A DNA stretch of 64,000 nucleotides from Eledone cirrhosa (taxonomy: Eukaryota): NCBI GenBank assembly GCA_964016885.1, contig OZ024741.1, positions 244,404,001 through 244,468,000 of the forward strand, given 5' to 3'. The notes beneath the pieces are model-generated. The model did not search any database and was not told the origin of the DNA. It saw only the letters and a program-made list of their open reading frames with translations. Positions within the stretch are counted from its first letter, which is position 1. The number at the start of each line of letters is the position of its first letter. The translations under genes and the position numbers were made by a program. This document shows positions 23,940-39,100 of the stretch, piece after piece.

Positions 23940-26314
23940 CGCATTTTTGTGATTCGTTTCTTTGAAGCACACCATTCGCTGGTGGACTTCAGCTTCCTCA
24001 TTTAGCATGGGCAGCTTTTCTTGAAAATCACACCACACACAGCCAATGAGTGTCTGCACATGTACCAGTAATTACAGATCGATCCGCCCACGGGTAGCCG
24101 GCCCACGATCGAAAAGGTAACTCCGCCGGCAAATTCGCATTTTTGTGATTCGTTTCTTCGAAGCACACCATTCGCTGGTGGACTTCAGCTTCCTCATTTA
24201 GCATGGGCAGCTTTTCTTGAAAATCACACCACACTCAGCAAATGTGTGTCTGCACATGTACCAGTAATTACAGATCGATCCGACCACGGGCGGTCAGCCC
24301 ACGATCGAAAAGGTAACTCCGCCGGCAAATCCGCATTTTTGTGATTCGTTTCTTCGAAGCACACCATTCGCCGCCGGACTTCAGCTTCCACATTTAGCAT
24401 GGGCAGCTTTTCTTGAAAATCACACCACACTCAGCAAATGTGTGTCAGCACATGTACCAGTAATTACAGATCGATCGGACCACGGGCGGCCGGCTCACGA
24501 TCGAAAAGGTAACTCCGCCGGCAAATCCGCATTTTTGTGATTCGTTTCTTCGAAGCACACCATTCGCCGCCGGACTTCAGCTTCCTCATTTAGCATGGGC
24601 AGCTTTTCTTGAAAATCACACCACACTCAGCAAATGTGTGTCTGCACATGTACCAGTAATTACAGATCGATCCGACCGCGGGTAGCCGGCCCACGATAGA
24701 AAATGTAACTCCGCCGGCAAATCCGCATTTTTGTGATTCGTTTCTTCGAAGCACACCATTCGCCGCCGGACTTCAGCTTCCACATTTAGCATGGGCAGCT
24801 TTTCTTGAAAATCACACCACACTCAGCAAATGTGTGTCTGCACATGTACCAGTAATTACAGATCGATCCGACCACGGGCGGCCTGCCCACGATCGAAGAG
24901 GTAACTCCGCAGGCAAATTCGCATTTTTGTGATTCGTTTCTTCGAAGCACACCATTCGCTGGTGGACTTCAGCTTCCTCATTTAGCATGGGCAGCTTTTC
25001 TTGAAAATCACACCACACTCAGCAAATGTGTGTCTGCACATGTACCAGTAATTACAGATCGATCGGACCACGGGCGGCCGGCTCACGATCGAAAAGGTAA
25101 CTCCGCCGGCAAATCCGCATTTTTGTGATTCGTTTCTTTGAAGCACACCATTCGCTGGTGGACTTCAGCTTCCTCATTTAGCATGGGCAGCTTTTCTTGA
25201 AAATCACACCACACACAGCCAATGAGTGTCTGCACATGTACCAGTAATTACAGATCGATCCGCCCACGGGTAGCCGGCCCACGATCGAAAAGGTAACTCC
25301 GCCGGCAAATTCGCATTTTTGTGATTCGTTTCTTCGAAGCACACCATTCGCTGGTGGACTTCAGCTTCCTCATTTAGCATGGGCAGCTTTTCTTGAAAAT
25401 CACACCACACTCAGCAAATGTGTGTCTGCACATGTACCAGTAATTACAGATCGATCCGACCACGGGCGGTCAGCCCACGATCGAAAAGGTAACTCCGCCG
25501 GCAAATCCGCATTTTTGTGATTCGTTTCTTCGAAGCACACCATTCGCCGCCGGACTTCAGCTTCCACATTTAGCATGGGCAGCTTTTCTTGAAAATCACA
25601 CCACACTCAGCAAATGTGTGTCAGCACATGTACCAGTAATTACAGATCGATCGGACCACGGGCGGCCGGCTCACGATCGAAAAGGTAACTCCGCCGGCAA
25701 ATCCGCATTTTTGTGATTCGTTTCTTCGAAGCACACCATTCGCCGCCGGACTTCAGCTTCCTCATTTAGCATGGGCAGCTTTTCTTGAAAATCACACCAC
25801 ACTCAGCAAATGTGTGTCTGCACATGTACCAGTAATTACAGATCGATCCGACCGCGGGTAGCCGGCCCACGATAGAAAATGTAACTCCGCCGGCAAATCC
25901 GCATTTTTGTGATTCGTTTCTTCGAAGCACACCATTCGCCGCCGGACTTCAGCTTCCACATTTAGCATGGGCAGCTTTTCTTGAAAATCACACCACACTC
26001 AGCAAATGTGTGTCTGCACATGTACCAGTAATTACAGATCGATCCGACCACGGGCGGCCTGCCCACGATCGAAGAGGTAACTCCGCAGGCAAATTCGCAT
26101 TTTTGTGATTCGTTTCTTCGAAGCACACCATTCGCTGGTGGACTTCAGCTTCCTCATTTAGCATGGGCAGCTTTTCTTGAAAATCACACCACACTCAGCA
26201 AATGTGTGTCTGCACATGTACCAGTAATTACAGATCGATCGGACCACGGGCGGCCGGCTCACGATCGAAAAGGTAACTCCGCCGGCAAATCCGCATTTTT
26301 GTGATTCGTTTCTT
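23940..26314. repeat. Tandem duplication of 6 monomers (period 1176 bp): 23940-25138 matches 25116-26314
   Basis: The unusual chimeric monomers J/F (24023, 25199) and E/F (24611, 25787) repeat at offset 1176. The junction monomer 25003-25198 has an H front and an I end. Confidence 0.87.
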
Positions 26315-29300
26315 CGAAGCTCTCCATTCGCCGCCGGACTTCAGCTTCCTCATTTAGCATGGGCAGCTTTTCTCGAAAATCACAACACACTCAGCAAATG
26401 TGTGTCTGCACATGTACCAGTAATTACAGATCGATCCGACCTGGGGCGGCCGGCCCACGATCGAAAAGGTAACTCCGGCGGCAAATTCGCATTTTTGTGA
26501 TTCGTTTCTTTGAAGCACACCATTCGCTGGTGGACTTCAGCTTCCTCATTTAGCATGGGCAGCTTTTCTTGAAAATCACACCACACACAGCCAATGAGTG
26601 TCTGCACATGTACCAGTAATTACAGATCGATACGACCACGGGCGGCCTGCCCACGATCGAAAAGGTAACTCCGCAGGCAAATTCGCATTTTTGTGATTCG
26701 TTTCTTCGAAGCACACCATTCGCTGGTGGACTTCAGCTTCGTCATTTAGCATGGGCAGCTTTTCTTGAAAATCACACCACACTCAGCAAATGTGTGTCTG
26801 CACATGTACCAGTAATTACAGATCGATCCGCCCACGGGTAGCCGGCCCACGATCGAAAATGTAACTCCGCCGGCAAATCCGCATTTTTGTGATTCGTTTC
26901 TTCGAAGCACACCATTCGCCGCCGGACTTCAGCTTCCACATTTAGCATGGGCAGCTTTTCTTGAAAATCACACCACACTCAGCAAATGTGTGTCTGCACA
27001 TGTACCAGTAATTACAGATCGATCCGCCCACGGGTGGCCGGCCCACGATCGAAAATGTAACTCCGCCGGCAAATCCGCATTTTTGTGATTCGTTTCTTCG
27101 AAGCACACCATTCGCCGCCGGACTTCAGCTTCCACATTTGGCATGTGCAGCTTTTCTTGAAAATCACACCACACACAGCCAATCTGTGTCTGCACATGTA
27201 CCAGTAATTACAGATCGATCCGACCAAGGGCGGCCGGCCCACGATCGAAAAGGTAACTCCGCCGGCAAATCCGCATTTTTGTGATTCGTTTCTTCGAAGC
27301 ACACCATTCGCTGGTGGACTTCAGCTTCCTCATTTAGCATGGGCAGCTTTTCTTGAAAATCACACCACACTCAGCAAATGTGTGTCTGCACATGTACCAG
27401 TAATTACAGATCGATCCGACCACGGGCGGTCAGCCCACGATCGAAAAGGTAACTCCGCCGGCAAATCCGCATTTTTGTGATTCGTTTCTTCGAAGCACAC
27501 CATTCGCCGCCGGACTTCAGCTTCCACATTTAGCATGGGCAGCTTTTCTTGAAAATCACACCACACTCAGCAAATGTGTGTCTGCACATGTACCAGTAAT
27601 TACAGATCGATCGGACCACGGGCGGCCGGCTCACGATCAAAAAGGTAACTCCGCCGGCAAATCCGCATTTTTGTGATTCGTTTCTTCGAAGCACACCATT
27701 CGCCGCCGGACTTCAGCTTCCTCATTTAGCATGGGCAGCTTTTCTTGAAAATCACACCACACTCAGCAAATGTGTGTCTGCACATGTACCAGTAATTACA
27801 GATCGATCCGACCGCGGGCGGCCTGCCGACGATCGAAAAGGTAACTCCGCAGGCAAATTCGCATTTTTGTGATTCGTTTCTTCGAAGCACACCATTCGCC
27901 GCCGGACTTCAGCTTCCACATTTAGCATGGGCAGCTTTTCTTGAAAATCACACCACACTCAGCAAATGTGTGTCTGCACATGTACCAGTAATTACAGATT
28001 GATCCGCCCACGGGTGGCCGGCCCACGATCGAAAATGTAACTCCGCCGGCAAATCCGCATTTTTGTGATTCGTTTCTTCGAAGCACACCATTCGCCGCCG
28101 GACTTCAGCTTCCACATTTGGCATGTGCAGCTTTTCTTGAAAATCACACCACACACAGCCAATCTGTGTCTGCACATGTACCAGTAATTACAGATCGATC
28201 CGACCAAGGGCGGCCGGCCCACGATCGAAAAGGTAACTCCGCCGGCAAATCCGCATTTTTGTGATTCGTTTCTTCGAAGCACACCATTCGCCGCCGGACT
28301 TCAGCTTCCTCATTTAGCATGGGCAGCTTTTCTTGAAAATCACACCACACTCAGCAAATGTGTGTCTGCACATGTACCAGTAATTACAGATCGATCCGAC
28401 TGCGGGCGGCCTGCCCACGATCGAAAAGGTAACTCCGCAGGCAAATTCGCATTTTTGTGATTCGTTTCTTCGAAGCACACCATTCGCTGGTGGACTTCAG
28501 CTTCGTCATTTAGCATGGGCAGCTTTTCTTGAAAATCACACCACACTCAGAAAATGTGTGTCTGCACATGTACCAGTAATTACAGATCGATCCGCCCACG
28601 GGTAGCCGGCCCACGATCGAAAATGTAACTCCGCCGGCAAATCCGCATTTTTGTGATTCGTTTCTTCGAAGCACACCATTCGCTGGTGGACTTCAGCTTC
28701 CTCATTTAGCATGGGCAGCTTTTCTTGAAAATCACACCACACTCAGCAAATGTGTGTCTGCACATGTACCAGTAATTACAGATCGATCGGACCACGGGCG
28801 GCCGGCTCACGATCGAAAAGGTAACTCCGCCGGCAAATCCGCATTTTTGTGATTCGTTTCTTCGAAGCTCACCATTCGCCGCCGGACTTCAGCTTCCTCA
28901 TTTAGCATGGGCAGCTTTTCTCGAAAATCACAACACACTCAGCAAATGTGTGTCTGCACATGTACCAGTAATTACAGATCGATCCGACCTGGGGCGGCCG
29001 GCCCACGATCGAAAAGGTAACTCCGGCGGCAAATTCGCATTTTTGTGATTCGTTTCTTTGAAGCACACCATTCGCTGGTGGACTTCAGCTTCCTCATTTA
29101 GCATGGGCAGCTTTTCTTGAAAATCACACCACACTCAGCAAATGTGTGTCTGCACATGTACCAGTAATTACAGATCGATCGGACCACGGGCGGCCGGCTC
29201 ACGATCGAAAAGGTAACTCCGCCGGCAAATCCGCATTTTTGTGATTCGTTTCTTTGAAGCACACCATTCGCTGGTGGACTTCAGCTTCCTCATTTAGCAT

Positions 29301-32300
29301 GGGCAGCTTTTCTTGAAAATCACACCACACACAGCCAATGAGTGTCTGCACATGTACCAGTAATTACAGATCGATCCGCCCACGGGTAGCCGGCCCACGA
29401 TCGAAAAGGTAACTCCGCCGGCAAATTCGCATTTTTGTGATTCGTTTCTTCGAAGCACACCATTCGCTGGTGGACTTCAGCTTCCTCATTTAGCATGGGC
29501 AGCTTTTCTTGAAAATCACACCACACTCAGCAAATGTGTGTCTGCACATGTACCAGTAATTACAGATCGATCCGACCACGGGCGGTCAGCCCACGATCGA
29601 AAAGGTAACTCCGCCGGCAAATCCGCATTTTTGTGATTCGTTTCTTCGAAGCACACCATTCGCCGCCGGACTTCAGCTTCCACATTTAGCATGGGCAGCT
29701 TTTCTTGAAAATCACACCACACTCAGCAAATGTGTGTCAGCACATGTACCAGTAATTACAGATCGATCGGACCACGGGCGGCCGGCTCACGATCGAAAAG
29801 GTAACTCCGCCGGCAAATCCGCATTTTTGTGATTCGTTTCTTCGAAGCACACCATTCGCCGCCGGACTTCAGCTTCCTCATTTAGCATGGGCAGCTTTTC
29901 TTGAAAATCACACCACACTCAGCAAATGTGTGTCTGCACATGTACCAGTAATTACAGATCGATCCGACCGCGGGTAGCCGGCCCACGATAGAAAATGTAA
30001 CTCCGCCGGCAAATCCGCATTTTTGTGATTCGTTTCTTCGAAGCACACCATTCGCCGCCGGACTTCAGCTTCCACATTTAGCATGGGCAGCTTTTCTTGA
30101 AAATCACACCACACTCAGCAAATGTGTGTCTGCACATGTACCAGTAATTACAGATCGATCCGACCACGGGCGGCCTGCCCACGATCGAAGAGGTAACTCC
30201 GCAGGCAAATTCGCATTTTTGTGATTCGTTTCTTCGAAGCACACCATTCGCTGGTGGACTTCAGCTTCCTCATTTAGCATGGGCAGCTTTTCTTGAAAAT
30301 CACACCACACTCAGCAAATGTGTGTCTGCACATGTACCAGTAATTACAGATCGATCGGACCACGGGCGGCCGGCTCACGATCGAAAAGGTAACTCCGCCG
30401 GCAAATCCGCATTTTTGTGATTCGTTTCTTCGAAGCTCTCCATTCGCCGCCGGACTTCAGCTTCCTCATTTAGCATGGGCAGCTTTTCTCGAAAATCACA
30501 ACACACTCAGCAAATGTGTGTCTGCACATGTACCAGTAATTACAGATCGATCCGACCTGGGGCGGCCGGCCCACGATCGAAAAGGTAACTCCGGCGGCAA
30601 ATTCGCATTTTTGTGATTCGTTTCTTTGAAGCACACCATTCGCTGGTGGACTTCAGCTTCCTCATTTAGCATGGGCAGCTTTTCTTGAAAATCACACCAC
30701 ACACAGCCAATGAGTGTCTGCACATGTACCAGTAATTACAGATCGATACGACCACGGGCGGCCTGCCCACGATCGAAAAGGTAACTCCGCAGGCAAATTC
30801 GCATTTTTGTGATTCGTTTCTTCGAAGCACACCATTCGCTGGTGGACTTCAGCTTCGTCATTTAGCATGGGCAGCTTTTCTTGAAAATCACACCACACTC
30901 AGCAAATGTGTGTCTGCACATGTACCAGTAATTACAGATCGATCCGCCCACGGGTAGCCGGCCCACGATCGAAAATGTAACTCCGCCGGCAAATCCGCAT
31001 TTTTGTGATTCGTTTCTTCGAAGCACACCATTCGCCGCCGGACTTCAGCTTCCACATTTAGCATGGGCAGCTTTTCTTGAAAATCACACCACACTCAGCA
31101 AATGTGTGTCTGCACATGTACCAGTAATTACAGATCGATCCGCCCACGGGTGGCCGGCCCACGATCGAAAATGTAACTCCGCCGGCAAATCCGCATTTTT
31201 GTGATTCGTTTCTTCGAAGCACACCATTCGCCGCCGGACTTCAGCTTCCACATTTGGCATGTGCAGCTTTTCTTGAAAATCACACCACACACAGCCAATC
31301 TGTGTCTGCACATGTACCAGTAATTACAGATCGATCCGACCAAGGGCGGCCGGCCCACGATCGAAAAGGTAACTCCGCCGGCAAATCCGCATTTTTGTGA
31401 TTCGTTTCTTCGAAGCACACCATTCGCTGGTGGACTTCAGCTTCCTCATTTAGCATGGGCAGCTTTTCTTGAAAATCACACCACACTCAGCAAATGTGTG
31501 TCTGCACATGTACCAGTAATTACAGATCGATCCGACCACGGGCGGTCAGCCCACGATCGAAAAGGTAACTCCGCCGGCAAATCCGCATTTTTGTGATTCG
31601 TTTCTTCGAAGCACACCATTCGCCGCCGGACTTCAGCTTCCACATTTAGCATGGGCAGCTTTTCTTGAAAATCACACCACACTCAGCAAATGTGTGTCTG
31701 CACATGTACCAGTAATTACAGATCGATCGGACCACGGGCGGCCGGCTCACGATCAAAAAGGTAACTCCGCCGGCAAATCCGCATTTTTGTGATTCGTTTC
31801 TTCGAAGCACACCATTCGCCGCCGGACTTCAGCTTCCTCATTTAGCATGGGCAGCTTTTCTTGAAAATCACACCACACTCAGCAAATGTGTGTCTGCACA
31901 TGTACCAGTAATTACAGATCGATCCGACCGCGGGCGGCCTGCCGACGATCGAAAAGGTAACTCCGCAGGCAAATTCGCATTTTTGTGATTCGTTTCTTCG
32001 AAGCACACCATTCGCCGCCGGACTTCAGCTTCCACATTTAGCATGGGCAGCTTTTCTTGAAAATCACACCACACTCAGCAAATGTGTGTCTGCACATGTA
32101 CCAGTAATTACAGATTGATCCGCCCACGGGTGGCCGGCCCACGATCGAAAATGTAACTCCGCCGGCAAATCCGCATTTTTGTGATTCGTTTCTTCGAAGC
32201 ACACCATTCGCCGCCGGACTTCAGCTTCCACATTTGGCATGTGCAGCTTTTCTTGAAAATCACACCACACACAGCCAATGAGTGTCTGCACATGTACCAG

Positions 32301-33250
32301 TAATTACAGATCGATCCGACCAAGGGCGGCCGGCCCACGATCGAAAAGGTAACTCCGCCGGCAAATCCGCATTTTTGTGATTCGTTTCTTCGAAGCACAC
32401 CATTCGCCGCCGGACTTCAGCTTCCTCATTTAGCATGGGCAGCTTTTCTTGAAAATCACACCACACTCAGCAAATGTGTGTCTGCACATGTACCAGTAAT
32501 TACAGATCGATCCGACTGCGGGCGGCCTGCCCACGATCGAAAAGGTAACTCCGCAGGCAAATTCGCATTTTTGTGATTCGTTTCTTCGAAGCACACCATT
32601 CGCTGGTGGACTTCAGCTTCGTCATTTAGCATGGGCAGCTTTTCTTGAAAATCACACCACACTCAGAAAATGTGTGTCTGCACATGTACCAGTAATTACA
32701 GATCGATCCGCCCACGGGTAGCCGGCCCACGATCGAAAATGTAACTCCGCCGGCAAATCCGCATTTTTGTGATTCGTTTCTTCGAAGCACACCATTCGCT
32801 GGTGGACTTCAGCTTCCTCATTTAGCATGGGCAGCTTTTCTTGAAAATCACACCACACTCAGCAAATGTGTGTCTGCACATGTACCAGTAATTACAGATC
32901 GATCGGACCACGGGCGGCCGGCTCACGATCGAAAAGGTAACTCCGCCGGCAAATCCGCATTTTTGTGATTCGTTTCTTCGAAGCTCACCATTCGCCGCCG
33001 GACTTCAGCTTCCTCATTTAGCATGGGCAGCTTTTCTCGAAAATCACAACACACTCAGCAAATGTGTGTCTGCACATGTACCAGTAATTACAGATCGATC
33101 CGACCTGGGGCGGCCGGCCCACGATCGAAAAGGTAACTCCGGCGGCAAATTCGCATTTTTGTGATTCGTTTCTTTGAAGCACACCATTCGCTGGTGGACT
33201 TCAGCTTCCTCATTTAGCATGGGCAGCTTTTCTTGAAAATCACACCACAC
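24944..33250. repeat. Tandem duplication of 21 monomers (period 4116 bp): 24944-29134 matches 29060-33250
   Basis: Rare variants are shared at offset 4116: gctctcc (26323/30439), gccGacga (27828/31944), gatTgatc (28000/32116), gacTgcg (28401/32517). I saw one 2-bp difference, at 32280-32281. Confidence 0.9.
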
Positions 33251-36190
33251 ACAGCCAATGAGTGTCTGCACATGTACCAGTAATTACAGATCGATACGAC
33301 CACGGGCGGCCTGCCCACGATCGAAAAGGTAACTCCGCAGGCAAATTCGCATTTTTGTGATTCGTTTCTTCGAAGCACACCATTCGCTGGTGGACTTCAG
33401 CTTCGTCATTTAGCATGGGCAGCTTTTCTTGAAAATCACACCACACTCAGCAAATGTGTGTCTGCACATGTACCAGTAATTACAGATCGATCCGCCCACG
33501 GGTAGCCGGCCCACGATCGAAAATGTAACTCCGCCGGCAAATCCGCATTTTTGTGATTCGTTTCTTCGAAGCACACCATTCGCCGCCGGACTTCAGCTTC
33601 CACATTTAGCATGGGCAGCTTTTCTTGAAAATCACACCACACTCAGCAAATGTGTGTCTGCACATGTACCAGTAATTACAGATCGATCCGCCCACGGGTG
33701 GCCGGCCCACGATCGAAAATGTAACTCCGCCGGCAAATCCGCATTTTTGTGATTCGTTTCTTCGAAGCACACCATTCGCCGCCGGACTTCAGCTTCCACA
33801 TTTGGCATGTGCAGCTTTTCTTGAAAATCACACCACACACAGCCAATCTGTTTCTGCACATGTACCAGTAATTACAGATCGATCCGACCAAGGGCGGCCG
33901 GCCCACGATCGAAAAGGTAACTCCGCCGGCAAATCCGCATTTTTGTGATTCGTTTCTTCGAAGCACACCATTCGCTGGTGGACTTCAGCTTCCTCATTTA
34001 GCATGGGCAGCTTTTCTTGAAAATCACACCACACTCAGCAAATGTGTGTCTGCACATGTACCAGTAATTACAGATCGATCCGACCACGGGCGGTCAGCCC
34101 ACGATCGAAAAGGTAACTCCGCCGGCAAATCCGCATTTTTGTGATTCGTTTCTTCGAAGCACACCATTCGCCGCCGGACTTCAGCTTCCACATTTAGCAT
34201 GGGCAGCTTTTCTTGAAAATCACACCACACTCAGCAAATGTGTGTCTGCACATGTACCAGTAATTACAGATCGATCGGACCACGGGCGGCCGGCTCACGA
34301 TCGAAAAGGTAACTCCGCCGGCAAATCCGCATTTTTGTGATTCGTTTCTTCGAAGCACACCATTCGCCGCCGGACTTCAGCTTCCTCATTTAGCATGGGC
34401 AGCTTTTCTTGAAAATCACACCACACTCAGCAAATGTGTGTCTGCACATGTACCAGTAATTACAGATCGATCCGACCGCGGGCGGCCTGCCGACGATCGA
34501 AAAGGTAACTCCGCAGGCAAATTCGCATTTTTGTGATTCGTTTCTTCGAAGCACACCATTCGCCGCCGGACTTCAGCTTCCACATTTAGCATGGGCAGCT
34601 TTTCTTGAAAATCACACCACACTCAGCAAATGTGTGTCTGCACATGTACCAGTAATTACAGATTGATCCGCCCACGGGTGGCCGGCCCACGATCGAAAAT
34701 GTAACTCCGCCGGCAAATCCGCATTTTTGTGATTCGGTTCTTCGAAGCACACCATTCGCCGCCGGACTTCAGCTTCCACATTTGGCATGTGCAGCTTTTC
34801 TTGAAAATCACACCACACACAGCCAATGAGTGTCTGCACATGTACCAGTAATTACAGATCGATACGACCACGGGCGGCCTGCCCACGATCGAAAAGGTAA
34901 CTCCGCAGGCAAATTCGCATTTTTGTGATTCGTTTCTTCGAAGCACACCATTCGCTGGTGGACTTCAGCTTCGTCATTTAGCATGGGCAGCTTTTCTTGA
35001 AAATCACACCACACTCAGCAAATGTGTGTCTGCACATGTACCAGTAATTACAGATCGATCCGCCCACGGGTAGCCGGCCCACGATCGAAAATGTAACTCC
35101 GCCGGCAAATCCGCATTTTTGTGATTCGTTTCTTCGAAGCACACCATTCGCCGCCGGACTTCAGCTTCCACATTTAGCATGGGCAGCTTTTCTTGAAAAT
35201 CACACCACACTCAGCAAATGTGTGTCTGCACATGTACCAGTAATTACAGATCGATCCGCCCACGGGTGGCCGGCCCACGATCGAAAATGTAACTCCGCCG
35301 GCAAATCCGCATTTTTGTGATTCGTTTCTTCGAAGCACACCATTCGCCGCCGGACTTCAGCTTCCACATTTGGCATGTGCAGCTTTTCTTGAAAATCACA
35401 CCACACACAGCCAATCTGTTTCTGCACATGTACCATTAATTACAGATCGATCCGACCAAGGGCGGCCGGCCCACGATCGAAAAGGTAACTCCGCCGGCAA
35501 ATCCGCATTTTTGTGATTCGTTTCTTCGAAGCACACCATTCGCTGGTGGACTTCAGCTTCCTCATTTAGCATGGGCAGCTTTTCTTGAAAATCACACCAC
35601 ACTCAGCAAATGTGTGTCTGCACATGTACCAGTAATTACAGATCGATCGGACCACGGGCGGCCGGCTCACGATCGAAAAGGTAACTCCGCCGGCAAATCC
35701 GCATTTTTGTGATTCGTTTCTTCGAAGCACACCATTCGCCGCCGGACTTCAGCTTCCTCATTTAGCATGGGCAGCTTTTCTTGAAAATCACACCACACTC
35801 AGCAAATGTGTGTCTGCACATGTACCAGTAATTACAGATCGATCCGACCGCGGGCGGCCTGCCGACGATCGAAAAGGTAACTCCGCAGGCAAATTCGCAT
35901 TTTTGTGATTCGTTTCTTCGAAGCACACCATTCGCCGCCGGACTTCAGCTTCCACATTTAGCATGGGCAGCTTTTCTTGAAAATCACACCACACTCAGCA
36001 AATGTGTGTCTGCACATGTACCAGTAATTACAGATTGATCCGCCCACGGGTGGCCGGCCCACGATCGAAAATGTAACTCCGCCGGCAAATCCGCATTTTT
36101 GTGATTCGGTTCTTCGAAGCACACCATTCGCCGCCGGACTTCAGCTTCCACATTTGGCATGTGCAGCTTTTCTTGAAAATCACACCACAC
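33240..36190. repeat. Imperfect tandem duplication of 8 monomers; the second copy lacks one monomer (type C)
   Basis: J-F-A-B-C-D-E-A is followed by J-F-A-B-D-E-A. Private variants sit at 33852/35420 (offset 8x196) and 34737/36109 (offset 7x196). Confidence 0.82.
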
Positions 36191-39100
36191 ACAGCCAATC
36201 TGTGTCTGCACATGTACCAGTAATTACAGATCGATCCGACCAAGGGCGGCCGGCCCACGATCGAAAAGGTAACTCCGCCGGCAAATCCGCATTTTTGTGA
36301 TTCGTTTCTTCGAAGCACACCATTCGCTGGTGGACTTCAGCTTCGTCATTTAGCATGGGCAGCTTTTCTTGAAAATCACACCACACTCAGAAAATGTGTG
36401 TCTGCACATGTACCAGTAATTACAGATCGATCCGCCCACGGGTAGCCGGCCCACGATCGAAAATGTAACTCCGCCGGCAAATCCGCATTTTTGTGATTCG
36501 TTTCTTCGAAGCACACCATTCGCTGGTGGACTTCAGCTTCGTCATTTAGCATGGGCAGCTTTTCTTGAAAATCACACCACACTCAGCAAATGTGTGTCTG
36601 CACATGTACCAGTAATTACAGATCGATCCGCCCACGGGTAGCCGGCCCACGATCGAAAATGTAACTCCGCCGGCAAATCCGCATTTTTGTGATTCGTTTC
36701 TTCGAAGCACACCATTCGCCGCCGGACTTCAGCTTCCACATTTAGCATGGGCAGCTTTTCTTGAAAATCACACCACACTCAGCAAATGTGTGTCTGCACA
36801 TGTACCAGTAATTACAGATCGATCCGCCCACGTGTGGCCGGCCCACGATCGAAAATGTAACTCCGCCGGCAAATCCGCATTTTTGTGATTCGTTTCTTCG
36901 AAGCACACCATTCGCCGCCGGACTTCAGCTTCCACATTTAGCATGGGCAGCTTTTCTTGAAAATCACACCACACTCAGCAAATGTGTGTCTGCACATGTA
37001 CCAGTAATTACAGATCGATCCGACCAAGGGCGGCCGGCCCACGATCGAAAAGGTAACTCCGCCGGCAAATCCGCATTTTTGTGATTCGTTTCTTCGAAGC
37101 ACACCATTCGCTGGTGGACTTCAGCTTCCTCATTTAGCATGGGCAGCTTTTCTTGAAAATCACACCACACTCAGCAAATGTGTGTCTGCACATGTACCAG
37201 TAATTACAGATCGATCCGACCACGGGCGGTCAGCCCACGATCGAAAAGGTAACTCCGCCGGCAAATCCGCATTTTTGTGATTCGTTTCTTCGAAGCACAC
37301 CATTCGCCGCCGGACTTCAGCTTCCACATTTAGCATGGGCAGCTTTTCTTGAAAATCACACCACACTCAGCAAATGTGTGTCTGCACATGTACCAGTAAT
37401 TACAGATCGATCGGACCACGGGCGGCCGGCTCACGATCTAAAAGGTAACTCCGCCGGCAAATCCGCATTTTTGTGATTCGTTTCTTCGAAGCACACCATT
37501 CGCCGCCGGACTTCAGCTTCCTCATTTAGCATGGGCAGCTTTTCTTGAAAATCACACCACACTCAGCAAATGTGTGTCTGCACATGTACCAGTAATTACA
37601 GATCGATCCGACCGCGGGCGGCCTGCCCACGATCGAAAAGGTAACTCCGCAGGCAAATTCGAATTTTTGTGATTCGTTTCTTCGAAGCACACCATTCGCC
37701 GCCGGACTTCAGCTTCCACATTTAGCATGGGCAGCTTTTCTTGAAAATCACACCACACTCAGCAAATGTGTGTCTGCACATGTACCAGTAATTACAGATC
37801 GATCCCCCCACGGGTGGCCGGCCCACGATCGAAAATGTAACTCCGCCGGCAAATCCGCATTTTTGTGATTCGTTTCTTCGAAGCACACCATTCGCCGCCG
37901 GACTTCAGCTTCCACATTTGGCATGTGCAGCTTTTCTTGAAAATCACACCACACACAGCCAATCTGTGTCTGCACATGTACCAGTAATTACAGATCGATC
38001 CGACCAAGGGCGGCCGGCCCACGATCGAAAAGGTAACTCCGCCGGCAAATCCGCATTTTTGTGATTCGTTTCTTCGAAGCACACCATTCGCCGCCGGACT
38101 TCAGCTTCCTCATTTAGCATGGGCAGCTTTTCTTGAAAATCACACCACACTCAGCAAATGTGTGTCTGCACATGTACCAGTAATTACAGATCGATCCGAC
38201 CACGGGCGGCCTGCCCACGATCGAAGAGGTAACTCCGCAGGCAAATTCGCATTTTTGTGATTCGTTTCTTCGAAGCACACCATTCGCTGGTGGACTTCAG
38301 CTTCCTCATTTAGCATGGGCAGCTTTTCTTGAAAATCACACCACACTCAGCAAATGTGTGTCTGCACATGTACCAGTAATTACAGATCGATCGGACCACG
38401 GGCGGCCGGCTCACGATCGAAAAGGTAACTCCGCCGGCAAATCCGCATTTTTGTGATTCGTTTCTTCGAAGCTCACCATTCGCCGCCGGACTTCAGCTTC
38501 CTCATTTAGCATGGGCAGCTTTTCTCGAAAATCACAACACACTCAGCAAATGTGTGTCTGCACATGTACCAGTAATTACAGATCGATCCGACCTGGGGCG
38601 GCCGGCCCACGATCGAAAAGGTAACTCCGGCGGCAAATTCGCATTTTTGTGATTCGTTTCTTTGAAGCACACCATTCGCTGGTGGACTTCAGCTTCCTCA
38701 TTTAGCATGGGCAGCTTTTCTTGAAAATCACACCACACACAGCCAATGAGTGTCTGCACATGTACCAGTAATTACAGATCGATACGACCACGGACGGCCT
38801 GCCCACGATCGAAAAGGTAACTCCGCAGGCAAATTCGCATTTTTGTGATTCGTTTCTTCGAAGCACACCATTCGCTGGTGGACTTCAGCTTCGTCATTTA
38901 GCATGGGCAGCTTTTCTTGAAAATCACACCACACTCAGCAAATGTGTGTCTGCACATGTACCAGTAATTACAGATCGATCCGCCCACGGGTAGCCGGCCC
39001 ACGATCGAAAATGTAACTCCGCCGGCAAATCCGCATTTTTGTGATTCGTTTCTTCGAAGCACACCATTCGCCGCCGGACTTCAGCTTCCACATTTAGCAT

